A stretch of 37,666 nucleotides of DNA from a virus. Position numbers and translations under genes: made by a program. Positions within the stretch are counted from its first letter, which is position 1. Each line of letters begins with the position of its first letter. The notes under the pieces were generated by a model. It saw only the letters and a program-made list of their open reading frames with translations. It did no database searches and was not told the DNA's origin. This document shows positions 23,467 through 33,171 of the stretch, piece after piece. The DNA is taken from UHGV virus genome UHGV-0324630. One strand, 5' to 3'.

Positions 23467-26124
23467 ATGAGCACGAAATTTAAAACCGTTATCACTACTG
23501 CCGGAGCCGCGAAGCTGGCAGCCGCCACTGTCCCCGGCGGGAAAAAAGTAACTCTGTCTGCAATGGCCGTGGGTGACGGTAATGGCAAATTGCCGGTGCC
23601 GGATGCCGGTCAGACGAAACTGGTGCATGAGGTCTGGCGTCACGCTCTGAATAAAGTCAGCGTGGATAACAAGAATAAAAACTATATCGTGGCTGAACTG
23701 GTTGTACCGCCAGAAGTGGGCGGCTTCTGGATGCGTGAGCTGGGTCTGTATGACGATGCCGGAACACTGATTGCGGTCGCTAACATGGCGGAAAGCTATA
23801 AACCTGAACTCGCTGAAGGCTCCGGGCGCGCGCAGACCTGCCGCATGGTTATTATTGTCAGCAACGTGGCGTCCGTTGAGCTGAGTATTGATGCCAGCAC
23901 AGTGATGGCGACGCAGGATTACGTCGATGACAAAATCGCAGAGCATGAGCAATCCCGCCGCCATCCTGACGCCACGCTGACAGAAAAAGGTTTTACTCAG
24001 TTAAGTAGCGCAACAAACAGCACCAGTGAAGAGCTGGCGGCAACGCCAAAGGCAGTAAAAGCAGCCTATGACAATGCTGAAAAACGTATGCAGAAAGACC
24101 AGAACGGTGACGATATTCCAGATAAGGGCGCTTTTCTGGACAATGTTGGCGTTACCAGCCTGACGTTTATGAAAAACAATGGCGAAATGCCGCTTGATGC
24201 TGACTTGAATACATTTGGTCCCGTTAAGGCTTATCTTGGCATCTGGTCTAAAGCAACATCCACCAACGCAACACTGGAGAAAAATTTCCCGGAAGATAAT
24301 GCTGTCGGTGTGCTTGAGGTTTTTGCAGCTGGCAATTTTGCAGGCACGCAACGTTTTATCACGAGAGACGGCAATGTATACATGCGTAAACTCGCCAATA
24401 AGTGGAATGGCACTGATGGTCCGTGGGGCGTATGGCGTCACACTCAATCAGCTACCCGCCCTTTGAGTACGACTATAGACCTGAATACGCTTGGAGCCGC
24501 TGAGCATCTTGGTTTATGGCGTAACAGTAGCTCGGCTATAGCTTCATATGAACGCAATTATCCAGAGGAAGGCGGCTTTGCTCAGGGGACGCTTGAGATC
24601 CTCGAAGGCGGGAATTATGGAAGAACGCAACGTTATACCACTCGTCGTGGGAATATGTACGTTCGCTGCCTTGCGGCAAGCTGGGATGCATCAAATCCGC
24701 AGTGGGAACCGTGGTTAAGAGTCGGTCATCAGTCAGAGAGCCGTTATTACGAAGGTGATTTGAATGTTCTAACCGACCCCGGTATTTACAGTGTTACAGG
24801 AAAGGCGACAAACGGTCCGATGCTGGACGCTGCTGGGGCGACATTGCTTGGGATACTGGAAGTAATCAGGCGTTTTGATGGTGTATCTGTCTGGCAGCGT
24901 TACACAACCACAGGAAAATCAGAAACCACACAGGGGCGCACTTTTGAGCGCGTCTACGCCGGGAGCACATGGACCGAATGGCGAGAAGTGTATAACTCCT
25001 TTTCGTTGCCCCTGAATATGGGGATCGGTGGCGCAGTGGCAAAACTCACCAGCCTGGACTGGCAGACCTACGATTTTGTGCCGGGCAGTCTGATAACCGT
25101 TCGGCTTGATAACATGACCAATATTCCCGACGGTATGGACTGGGGCGTCATTGATGGCAACCTGATAAACATCGCTGTTGGTCCGAGTGATGATTCCGGT
25201 ACGGGGCGCTCAATGCATGTATGGCGCAGCACTGTAAGTAAAGCGAATTACCGCTTTTTTATGGTTCGCATTTCAGGAAATCCGGGAAGCCGCACGATTA
25301 CGACAAGACGTGTGCCAATTATCGACGAAGCTCAGACATGGGCGGCGAAACAGACATTCAGCGGTGGTCTTTCTGGCGAACTATCCGGCAATGCTGCTAC
25401 AGCAACAAAGCTGAAAACGGCAAGGACAATTAACGGCGTAAAATTTGACGGCTCGGCAAATATTGAAGCGTTTCCGCCAGGTGTTCCGCTGCCGTGGCCA
25501 TCAGATACTGTGCCGTCTGGTTACGCCCTGATGCAGGGACAGACTTTTGATAAATCTGCATACCCGAAACTTGCAGTCGCTTATCCGTCAGGCGTGATCC
25601 CGGATATGCGTGGCTGGACAATCAAGGGCAAACCCGCCAGTGGTCGGGCCGTATTGTCTCTGGAACAGGACGGCATTAAATCGCACACCCACAGTGCCAG
25701 CGCATCCAGTACGGATTTGGGTACGAAAACCACATCGTCGTTTGATTACGGTACTAAATCAACGAATAACACAGGTGCACATACCCACAATGTATCTGGT
25801 ACTGCAAATAGTGCTGGCGCACATACTCATACCGTTCCATTAAGGAGACCAAACAGTGGCGGTATGAATTTCGACTGGCTGGATGGTGCATCAAGTGGCA
25901 CGGTGGTGGGGAATGGAACTGTGCCTTCTTCTGGCGCACATACCCACTCAGTATCAGGTACCGCTACAAGTGCTGGGGCACATGCACACACTGTTGGTAT
26001 TGGCGCTCATACGCACTCTGTTGCGATTGGTTCACATGGACACACCATCACCGTTAACGCTGCTGGTAACGCGGAAAACACCGTTAAAAACATCGCATTT
26101 AATTATATTGTGAGGCTTGCATAA
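23467..26124 (+). CDS. H: Tail fibre protein, P2 gpH-like N-terminus with a divergent C-terminal receptor-binding region carrying His-rich GAHTH repeats
   Basis: 885-aa ORF; conserved N-terminus [40 protein letters not shown]; C-terminal repeats [22 protein letters not shown] / [40 protein letters not shown]. Confidence 0.88.
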   Translation: MSTKFKTVITTAGAAKLAAATVPGGKKVTLSAMAVGDGNGKLPVPDAGQTKLVHEVWRHALNKVSVDNKNKNYIVAELVVPPEVGGFWMRELGLYDDAGTLIAVANMAESYKPELAEGSGRAQTCRMVIIVSNVASVELSIDASTVMATQDYVDDKIAEHEQSRRHPDATLTEKGFTQLSSATNSTSEELAATPKAVKAAYDNAEKRMQKDQNGDDIPDKGAFLDNVGVTSLTFMKNNGEMPLDADLNTFGPVKAYLGIWSKATSTNATLEKNFPEDNAVGVLEVFAAGNFAGTQRFITRDGNVYMRKLANKWNGTDGPWGVWRHTQSATRPLSTTIDLNTLGAAEHLGLWRNSSSAIASYERNYPEEGGFAQGTLEILEGGNYGRTQRYTTRRGNMYVRCLAASWDASNPQWEPWLRVGHQSESRYYEGDLNVLTDPGIYSVTGKATNGPMLDAAGATLLGILEVIRRFDGVSVWQRYTTTGKSETTQGRTFERVYAGSTWTEWREVYNSFSLPLNMGIGGAVAKLTSLDWQTYDFVPGSLITVRLDNMTNIPDGMDWGVIDGNLINIAVGPSDDSGTGRSMHVWRSTVSKANYRFFMVRISGNPGSRTITTRRVPIIDEAQTWAAKQTFSGGLSGELSGNAATATKLKTARTINGVKFDGSANIEAFPPGVPLPWPSDTVPSGYALMQGQTFDKSAYPKLAVAYPSGVIPDMRGWTIKGKPASGRAVLSLEQDGIKSHTHSASASSTDLGTKTTSSFDYGTKSTNNTGAHTHNVSGTANSAGAHTHTVPLRRPNSGGMNFDWLDGASSGTVVGNGTVPSSGAHTHSVSGTATSAGAHAHTVGIGAHTHSVAIGSHGHTITVNAAGNAENTVKNIAFNYIVRLA

Positions 26125-26741
26125 TGGCATTCAGAATGAGTGAACAATCACGTACTGTAAAAATTTATAACCTGCTGGCCGGAACTAATGAGTTTATTGG
26201 TGAAGGTGACGCATATATTCCACCTCATACAGGGCTGCCAGCCAATTCTACAGATATCGCCCCACCGGAAATTCCTGCTGGCTTTGTGGCAGTTTTTAAC
26301 AGTGAAAATGAATCGTGGAATATTGTTGAAGACCATCGTGGTAAAACGGTCTATGACGTGGCATCGGGGGACGCGTTGTTTATTTCTGAACCCGGACCGC
26401 TACCAGAGAATGTCACCTGGTTGTCGCCAGCAGGGGAGTATCAGAAGTGGGACGGCGTATCCTGGGTGAAGGATGAGGAAGCAGAAAAACTGTTTCGGAT
26501 ACGGGAAGCGGAAGAGAAAAAGGCAAGGTTGATCCAGGAAGCAACAGATAACATCGCAATTCTGCAGGATGCAGTTAATCTTGAAATAGCAACAAACGAG
26601 GAAAATTCACAACTGGATTCCTGGAGAAAATACAGAGTATTAGTGAGTAGAATTGACACCAGTACAGCTCCGGATATCGTATGGCCAGAGCTGATGAATC
26701 AGGGTTATGTGCGGGAGGACGAGCAGATAACTTCAGACTGA
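26124..26741 (+). CDS. G: Tail fibre assembly chaperone (Tfa/gpG-like)
   Basis: 205-aa ORF, ATG overlaps the H stop (TAATG); sits directly after the fibre gene. Confidence 0.8.
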   Translation: MAFRMSEQSRTVKIYNLLAGTNEFIGEGDAYIPPHTGLPANSTDIAPPEIPAGFVAVFNSENESWNIVEDHRGKTVYDVASGDALFISEPGPLPENVTWLSPAGEYQKWDGVSWVKDEEAEKLFRIREAEEKKARLIQEATDNIAILQDAVNLEIATNEENSQLDSWRKYRVLVSRIDTSTAPDIVWPELMNQGYVREDEQITSD

Positions 26742-27268
26742 AATTTAGTGATGAATGTTGAATCATCTGGAATATCATGCAATACCAATGCATGAGCACC
26801 TATTGTGACATTGTTTCCTATACGCACTTTGCCACCAAGAATGGTGGCATTACAACCAATGGTCACATTATGTCCTATAACAATATCCATATCATTAAAA
26901 TCACCACGCAGCCCAATAGTTACCCCTGGTTTTATTGAACAATTTTCACCGATTGTTACTTTGTGACCGATAACAACACTGTTGAGATAAGAAATATCAA
27001 AGCCTTTCCCTATATTTACAGTTAAAGGGACTGTTACATTATATTTATCAAGAATGAAACGTTCTATTTTCCCCGCAATCTTCCGACAGTATCCGCCTTT
27101 ATCAAAAAGGTATTTGGCTATGCGCCACCAAAATAAATAACGAACTCTTCTATGTTTTATTGCGCGAACAATTGCCTTTCGCCAGGAGAAAGGACGCTCG
27201 CTACCGATTACTTCATAGTGAATACAATCTTTAAGTTCATTAATATTCATATCTCTATTATTCAGCAT
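26705..27268 (-). CDS. Hexapeptide-repeat (left-handed beta-helix) acyl/acetyltransferase; AT-rich cargo gene at the position of the P2 Z/fun locus
   Basis: 187-aa ORF; tandem hexapeptide repeats [21 protein letters not shown]...[34 protein letters not shown] typical of LacA/Maa/WbbJ-type transferases; convergent with and overlapping the tfa 3' end. Confidence 0.8.
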   Translation of the reverse strand: MLNNRDMNINELKDCIHYEVIGSERPFSWRKAIVRAIKHRRVRYLFWWRIAKYLFDKGGYCRKIAGKIERFILDKYNVTVPLTVNIGKGFDISYLNSVVIGHKVTIGENCSIKPGVTIGLRGDFNDMDIVIGHNVTIGCNATILGGKVRIGNNVTIGAHALVLHDIPDDSTFITKFQSEVICSSSRT

Positions 27269-27391
27269 AAGATAATCATGTGACCAATTATTGTAATAAT
27301 TTTAATGGTATGTTTCTACTGGCTATCCAGCGTGTCTGATGTCCAGTAACAAATCGTTAACACTGGTGCAATCAAATGGTGAGTGTTAAGA

Positions 27392-27431
27392 CTGGCCACT
27401 TATTACCAGGTATGAGGGTATGAGTGGCCAG
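27392..27431 (-). terminator. Stem-loop (9-bp stem CTGGCCACT/AGTGGCCAG) immediately downstream of gpU on the minus strand; no clear U-tract
   Basis: Perfect 9-bp inverted repeat with about 22-nt loop, read directly. Confidence 0.3.
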
Positions 27432-27438
27432 CATTAAA

Positions 27439-27933
27439 TCAGAACAGCCCTTTAACTGAACTGGCCGCGCTGTTAAGGGATGATGTCACTTTATCTTTGA
27501 AGCCGGACAGCATATCGCTGAACGATGAGGATTGCAGGCGCTCCCGCAAATCCTCATCACAGCGTTCAAGGGTCAGTGAAAATTCTATCTTTTTCGCCTT
27601 ACCGTAGCGATCAAACTCGGAACGGGTCGTATTCGTTTCGGTCAGGACATACATGCCGTAAATCTGCCCGACGCCATCAATAAGAGGCCAGGGGCGTCCT
27701 GTATACGCCTGCGTGGTCAGCAGCGACAGCGACACTTCGCCACCTGTAATTTCAGGATAAAGCACACCAGAAAGAACGATGCGATCATCACCTGCACCGA
27801 TATACTGCCAGCTTGCTGAACGGTTAACGCGTTCATTTTTCACATGCCGCCAGCTTTTGTTTTGCTGTAACTGCTGATGCGGCAGCGTGCGCAGCTCAAA
27901 AACAAACATGCCGTAGATCATCATCATGGCCAT
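27439..27933 (-). CDS. U: Tail protein U, P2 gpU-like
   Basis: MAMMMIYGMFVFELRTLPHQQLQQNKSWRH...VLYPEITGG...WPLIDGVGQIYGMYVLTE resembles P2 gpU from memory. Confidence 0.85.
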   Translation of the reverse strand: MAMMMIYGMFVFELRTLPHQQLQQNKSWRHVKNERVNRSASWQYIGAGDDRIVLSGVLYPEITGGEVSLSLLTTQAYTGRPWPLIDGVGQIYGMYVLTETNTTRSEFDRYGKAKKIEFSLTLERCDEDLRERLQSSSFSDMLSGFKDKVTSSLNSAASSVKGLF

Positions 27934-27939
27934 GACTCC

Positions 27940-30783
27940 TCAATCTTTATCGTAAAAACTGCCACGCCCGGCACGGGCGCGCCGTTCCATTTCTGCCCTG
28001 ACCATTTCACCGACCAGTTTCGCCAGTTCGCGGGGATTCTGCGTAACAACGTTATGCAGATGAACATGAATTTCACCACCAAATCCGGAGGCAACAGGCT
28101 CCCGGTTACGGGAAGTTACAGGAACTGATGCCACTGGAGATCGTATGGCCTCCGCCACCGGGCGGGAGCTGGCCGCAACAACAGGGACCAGCGCCGGAGG
28201 CAGCGGAGCCGGGACCACGGGTGTGATATTAATTGCGGGGGCAGGCTTACTGACCTGCGCAATCTTCCGCTCCTGCCACTCTCCACGAACAGCAAGTGCG
28301 CGGGGCAGGTTCTTAAAGACAATATCGCCGGGGCCAATGCGTTTTTTCGTCTCATCAACCAGCTTACCTGTGTTATCAGCAATTTTGCTGAGTCTGCGTA
28401 GCGTCCCGGTATTGCTGTCTGTGAGCGGTTTGTTGTCTTTGGGTTTATTACCTCCGGTGCCATTGCCATTTTCCACAGGCTTCGGCGGATTGATTTTCGC
28501 CAGGTCACCCTGAAGCAAGGCAACCTTGTCCTGAAGAATGGCCGCACGCTGTGCGTCTTCGATTTTCTTGCGCGCTCTTTCCGCTTCATCCGGAAGGACG
28601 CCAAGTTTTTCAAGTATCCACGCCAGCGTATCCAGTAGCATTTTTGCAGGTGTCAGAACAAGCTGTAACGCACCGCCAAGAACGTTACCGAATATCTCGC
28701 CAGCACTGGTACATTTATCCAGCGTTTCCTTGCTGGACTCCATCGGTGACAGCAGCGATTTAAACCAGTTAAACACCTGGCTGATCCCGCTTCCGATTGT
28801 GTCAAAAACAGGACCAAACCGTTCAAAGGTTTCGCGCAACGGGGTCAGCCTTTCCATAATCCCGCTGAACACCCCGGCAAAAAATGCCCTGATGGGATCC
28901 CAGTATTTCCAGATAAGAACGGCAGCTCCGGCAAGCGCAGCCACGATAAGACCAACCGGACTGAACAGCGCCCCGATAGCGCCTCCCAGTAAAGAAACGG
29001 AACCCGTCACCATTCCCCACAGCGCAGGCAACACCCTGACGACATTCATTGACCGGGTAAGAATGTCAAAACCAAGACGCAGGGTGGCCAGCTTCCCGTA
29101 AAGCACCCCAATAACCAGCGACAACGAGCCAATCGTTGCAGTCATTGCCAGCAACGCACCGCCTGCTATCAGTAGCTGGCGCGTCAGTACCGGATGGGCC
29201 TGCGCCAGCGAGGTGATTTTTTCAAGCACCCGCGTGAGCCACTGCGTGACAGAACGCAGCGGACCGTCAACCAGATCACTGATGCGAATACGAAGACCTT
29301 CCCATGCGCTGTCGAGATTTTTCAGGTCCCCATCAAGATTATCGGCCATTACTTTTGCGACGCGATCGGCCTCTCCCCTTGCCCCCTGCAATTCTCTGGT
29401 CAGTTTTTGCAGCTCTCCTGAACCAGCCGCCGCAACAAGCGTCTGCAAACCAACGAACGCCTCTTCTCCGGCGATGTCCTTGAAGAAGGAAACCTGGTCC
29501 ACCTGTCCGTATTTTTGTGTCGCCTTATAGAGATCAAGCAGCACATCCTCCATCGGGCGCATTTTGCCTCTGGCGTCAGCAACTGACACCCCCAGCTCTT
29601 TCAGTGCATCAGCCGCAGCTTTTGGCGGTGATGCAAGGCGGGACAGACTTGCGCGCATGGCCGTACCAGCATCGCTTCCGCGAAGACCATTATTGGCAAG
29701 CATCCCGGCCATGGCTGCCGCTTCTTCAAGACTGATACCAAGTTTTGCGGCAACCGGACCGGTATACTTCATGGTTTCGCCCAGCGCGCGTAAATCAGTA
29801 TTGGTCCGGGTGAATGCTGCTGTCAGCGTATCGCCAACACGGTCCATTTGATCGGCTGTCAGGTTGAACTGTGTGAGGATATTGGAGCCTATATCAGCCG
29901 TCTCGCCGAGTTCGACGCCACCTGCCAGCGCCATATTAAGAACACCGGGCAATGCGGCCTGAATGGCCTGCGGAGTAAAACCAGCCATTGCCAGAAAGCT
30001 CTGCCCACTGGCGGCATCACTCGCAGTAAACTGTGTTTCAGAGCCAAGTTTTAACGCCTGCTCACGCAGCGCCTTAAACTGCGGGCTGTTTTTGTCGATT
30101 CGCGTCAGTGCCTGAACACGGGACATCTCTTTGCCGAACCCGATCGCAGGCTGCAAAAAACGCCCGGCAGCATAGCCGCCCGCCGTTGCCGCACCAATTG
30201 CCAGCGCACCACCTGTTTTCAGTTTTCCCGCTGTTTCCTGCGCGCGCGAATACCGCTCACGCGCCCGTGTTACACGCGCAAGCGCCTGCCGTTCGCGTTC
30301 AAGCTGGTTGTTGTACTGTTCGGTGCGTCTGATGGCCTGCTGGATGGTGTTATCGCTGCCTGTCAGGGAAATGCCGTGGCGTTTCAGCTCTCCGCCAAGC
30401 TCCCGCATTTTCTGAATTTCCCGTGTGCGCGATTCATTCAGGCGTTCAAGCCGGGTGCTTAACTGCTGCATCAGCTTTTGTTGTTTTTCGCTGAGCACTG
30501 TACCCGTGCGTTGTAACTGATTAAGGGCGTTAAGCTGGCGTCGTGCTTTCAATATGCCAGCATCCGCTTTACTGACAGCGTCACGGGCGCGCTCAAATGA
30601 ACGCGCCTGACGCTCGAGATTTTTGATCGCCCCCTGCGTTCGCTGGATGGAGTCACCAAACTGCCCCATCAGGCGGCGGGCGTTTTCGGCAGGCCGGGTC
30701 AGCCTGTCAACGGCGCTGAAAGCGACCCGGATGTCAAGAGTCTTCATTGTCTGCATTCCCGCTGCGAAGTGCCGCCCGCTCAC
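27940..30783 (-). CDS. T: Tail tape measure protein, P2 gpT-like
   Basis: 947-aa ORF; long coiled-coil N-terminal half, Gly/Ala-rich hydrophobic central segments, position between E/E' and U. Confidence 0.88.
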   Translation of the reverse strand: MSGRHFAAGMQTMKTLDIRVAFSAVDRLTRPAENARRLMGQFGDSIQRTQGAIKNLERQARSFERARDAVSKADAGILKARRQLNALNQLQRTGTVLSEKQQKLMQQLSTRLERLNESRTREIQKMRELGGELKRHGISLTGSDNTIQQAIRRTEQYNNQLERERQALARVTRARERYSRAQETAGKLKTGGALAIGAATAGGYAAGRFLQPAIGFGKEMSRVQALTRIDKNSPQFKALREQALKLGSETQFTASDAASGQSFLAMAGFTPQAIQAALPGVLNMALAGGVELGETADIGSNILTQFNLTADQMDRVGDTLTAAFTRTNTDLRALGETMKYTGPVAAKLGISLEEAAAMAGMLANNGLRGSDAGTAMRASLSRLASPPKAAADALKELGVSVADARGKMRPMEDVLLDLYKATQKYGQVDQVSFFKDIAGEEAFVGLQTLVAAAGSGELQKLTRELQGARGEADRVAKVMADNLDGDLKNLDSAWEGLRIRISDLVDGPLRSVTQWLTRVLEKITSLAQAHPVLTRQLLIAGGALLAMTATIGSLSLVIGVLYGKLATLRLGFDILTRSMNVVRVLPALWGMVTGSVSLLGGAIGALFSPVGLIVAALAGAAVLIWKYWDPIRAFFAGVFSGIMERLTPLRETFERFGPVFDTIGSGISQVFNWFKSLLSPMESSKETLDKCTSAGEIFGNVLGGALQLVLTPAKMLLDTLAWILEKLGVLPDEAERARKKIEDAQRAAILQDKVALLQGDLAKINPPKPVENGNGTGGNKPKDNKPLTDSNTGTLRRLSKIADNTGKLVDETKKRIGPGDIVFKNLPRALAVRGEWQERKIAQVSKPAPAINITPVVPAPLPPALVPVVAASSRPVAEAIRSPVASVPVTSRNREPVASGFGGEIHVHLHNVVTQNPRELAKLVGEMVRAEMERRARAGRGSFYDKD

Positions 30784-31263
30784 GCCAGCTAACCACTTCG
30801 CCGGGCGTCATCATGAAGATTTCGGCGGGCGACCAGTTAAAAATGGCGGCAATATCCGCCACCAGATCTTCGATGTGCTCAAAGCACACCAGGGTGATTA
30901 CGCTGCCGTCTCCTGCACGCTCTTCGCGCCAGAGTCTGGCTCGCTCATAAAATTTACAGCCACAGCGCACAACTGAATAAAATCGCGTGACGACATTTTT
31001 TTAATCATCACTTCATCCAGTCGTGGCGAGGTCACGCGAGGCAACAGCGTGAACATGGTATCCGCTTTCAGATTCAGCACATCAGACAGCGACAGACCAC
31101 GCAGGGATCCAGCCTGCTCAATAGCCCCGGTGATCTCCACATACGTGATTTTTTCGCCACCACGCTCAATTGGTCGGGTCAGTTTTACGCCACGCTCGCT
31201 GGTTTCTTTCACAGTGTCAGCAACGACCGTATTTTCGGTATCGATGTTTTTCGTCACTTTCAT
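30734..31263 (-). CDS. Tail assembly chaperone gpE+E' (predicted -1 programmed frameshift product)
   Basis: The -1 frame is open from inside the A7 run to 30734 and overlaps the tape measure start, the classic G/GT, E/E' arrangement. Confidence 0.6.
30898..31263 (-). CDS. E: Tail assembly chaperone gpE
   Basis: 121-aa ORF downstream of the tube gene; its 3' end holds an A7 slippery run and overlaps a -1-frame ORF (E'). Confidence 0.8.
   Translation of the reverse strand: MKVTKNIDTENTVVADTVKETSERGVKLTRPIERGGEKITYVEITGAIEQAGSLRGLSLSDVLNLKADTMFTLLPRVTSPRLDEVMIKKMSSRDFIQLCAVAVNFMSEPDSGAKSVQETAA
30996..31002 (-). promoter_or_regulatory. Candidate -1 ribosomal frameshift (slippery) site: A7 on the coding strand (AUU AAA AAA AUG)
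   Basis: Seen directly as T7 on the plus strand; the -1 frame carries a TAA just upstream and is open only from within the A-run. Confidence 0.5.
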
Positions 31264-31317
31264 CAGGAAACTCCTTTCAGTCAGAGGCGACGCACTGCGC
31301 CGCCTGCATATTACTTA

Positions 31318-31830
31318 TCAGCCAAGCCCGAGCGCGGAACGGATGCGATCGGGCACAATGTCCTTGCCGTCCTTCCGGTAAATGAAGTTCAGCAGGTCAA
31401 TCTCCCACAACGGGCGATCGTTAACACTCAGCTTGTAGTAGGTGTTTTTAATGGCGTAAGTGTGTGATGTGGCTTCGCCCTGTTTGGCTTCCCCCATATC
31501 AATTTCCGTCACACGTCCGCGCATTTCGACTTCATACAGGTCGCTTTCATCATCGGTGTAGTATTCACCCGCAAAACGCAGTAGCGTGCCGTCAATCGTG
31601 CCGCCATACTTCAGGAACAGCTCACGAACTGCGCCCCCCATGACAAAGCTCGCATCAAGCGCGGAGTCGTCCAGACCGAGATCAATACTTACCGCCCCCA
31701 TCATGCCACCACCCCGGTAGCTGTCGGTTTTGCGCGTCAGTTTAGGCAGGGTGACGGACGTCACCTTACCCACTTCGTTTTCACCATCCACAAACAGCGT
31801 AAAAAAGCGAAGATGTTTTGGTACAGCCAT
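31318..31830 (-). CDS. FII: Tail tube protein, P2 gpFII-like
   Basis: 170-aa ORF immediately downstream of the sheath gene on the minus strand. Confidence 0.88.
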   Translation of the reverse strand: MAVPKHLRFFTLFVDGENEVGKVTSVTLPKLTRKTDSYRGGGMMGAVSIDLGLDDSALDASFVMGGAVRELFLKYGGTIDGTLLRFAGEYYTDDESDLYEVEMRGRVTEIDMGEAKQGEATSHTYAIKNTYYKLSVNDRPLWEIDLLNFIYRKDGKDIVPDRIRSALGLG

Positions 31831-33014
31831 CAGGCACCTCCCAGCACCGCAAATGCGGGACCAAAGAATTCATCAGTAAACGACTGGTAAAGCTCCATGT
31901 CTTCCAGCGGAGGAACGGGCGTATATTTGTAGCGAATACGCACACGCCCCTGACGTAAATTCGTGGTGCTGTTATCCACGATGTCATACCAGCACTCCGC
32001 GCCAATCAGTTTCCCGGCAGTAACCAGTGAATCCAGTTTTGCCCTGATGGCACTGATAACATCCTTCACGTTCGCAGGCGTCAGTGGACTGTCGATGGTT
32101 TCAAACTGCGCTTCCGCAATTGAATCAGCCAGCACCTGTGCAGTTCGGGTATACACCTCAAAGATGTAGGCGTTCGTTTCCGGTGTGCGGTTGCCCCAGA
32201 AGCGGAACCCGTTGCGACGAATAATGGTCGTGATTTCTTTGTTGTTGAGGCTGTTGGCATCGCTGTCTTCGGCCTGCAACGACCAGAACACATGCCTGGA
32301 CATCCCCAGCACATTTTTAACCGGAACATTGGACAGTGATTTGTGCCATCCCTGCTCATGGTCAATGTACGCACGAAGGCCGCACGCATAGGCAGGCGCG
32401 GGGAACGTTTCGTTTTTGCCACTTTTCGGGTTGTAGGCGATGAAGTCCGGCCATAAGAGCATCACCTCACGTTCATTGAATTTCTGGCGGTAGGTAATCG
32501 CCTCAGCCATCGTGTTACAGCCGTGACATGAGGCATACACAAACGCGCGCAGTTTACCCGCAATCACGCACAGGGATTTTGTTACCGCCTCCGTATCCAG
32601 CTCCGGCGCGGCCAGAATACGCGGACGGTATCCGATGCTTTCATCCTGCTCTGCAACAAGCAGCGCATACATCCCCGTATAGCTGCCGTCAGATTCAGAA
32701 CCACCGATAACCAGTTGATCCTGCGTTTTTCCGTCTTCTTCTTTGTGTTCAGCCACGCGAACGACGATCACCTTTGTGCTCACCTGGTCTGCGATGGCCT
32801 TAAGCGCACGATAAAGCGTCCCCGTTGTTCCGCATTTTCCCAGCACGTCATTGACGCGGGTCAGCAGTGTGGGCTTGTTCAGCGGGAACAGCTCCGCGTC
32901 CGCATCATCCGCCATTGCCACGATACCGATAACACTGGAATCAACATCATTAATCGCTGTTACCAGGTCGGTACTTTCCGTAACACGGGCACCATGAAAA
33001 CGAGTTTCACTCAT
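31830..33014 (-). CDS. FI: Contractile tail sheath protein, P2 gpFI-like
   Basis: 394-aa ORF; size and position match P2 FI (about 396 aa). Confidence 0.9.
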   Translation of the reverse strand: MSETRFHGARVTESTDLVTAINDVDSSVIGIVAMADDADAELFPLNKPTLLTRVNDVLGKCGTTGTLYRALKAIADQVSTKVIVVRVAEHKEEDGKTQDQLVIGGSESDGSYTGMYALLVAEQDESIGYRPRILAAPELDTEAVTKSLCVIAGKLRAFVYASCHGCNTMAEAITYRQKFNEREVMLLWPDFIAYNPKSGKNETFPAPAYACGLRAYIDHEQGWHKSLSNVPVKNVLGMSRHVFWSLQAEDSDANSLNNKEITTIIRRNGFRFWGNRTPETNAYIFEVYTRTAQVLADSIAEAQFETIDSPLTPANVKDVISAIRAKLDSLVTAGKLIGAECWYDIVDNSTTNLRQGRVRIRYKYTPVPPLEDMELYQSFTDEFFGPAFAVLGGA

Positions 33015-33171
33015 AGCTTCAGCCCCTTGTATCCGTTAAATGATTCGGCAACAATCATCACCCACCACGCGCGTAATCTCACCCCTGCGCCGTTCTCCCG
33101 ACCCGGCGACAACAAAAAGCAGTAACCCCCTCCGCACGCACATGCGACCATGCCGCACAGGGAGGGAACAG

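Noticed and set aside
23467-26124. Possible CRISPR-like or tandem DNA repeat array
   Set aside because: The repeats are in-frame coding repeats (GAHTH units) of the tail fibre gene, with no spacer/repeat architecture; no CRISPR array or cas genes seen anywhere in the window.
28116-29101. Several 60-190-aa ORFs on both strands inside the tape measure gene
   Set aside because: All overlap the 947-aa tape measure ORF; compositionally biased (Ser/Pro/Arg-rich) with no starts or RBS; typical shadow ORFs.
33040-33171. N-terminal extension of gpD (track start 33040)
   Set aside because: Extension is Pro/Arg-rich and runs through the sheath-gene upstream region; ATG 33172 has a GGAGGG RBS and yields a gpD-sized product.
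27269-33171. Invertible DNA segment (site-specific inversion) explaining the minus-strand tail block
   Set aside because: No invertase gene and no inverted repeats at the block boundaries were found; treated as a fixed gene arrangement.
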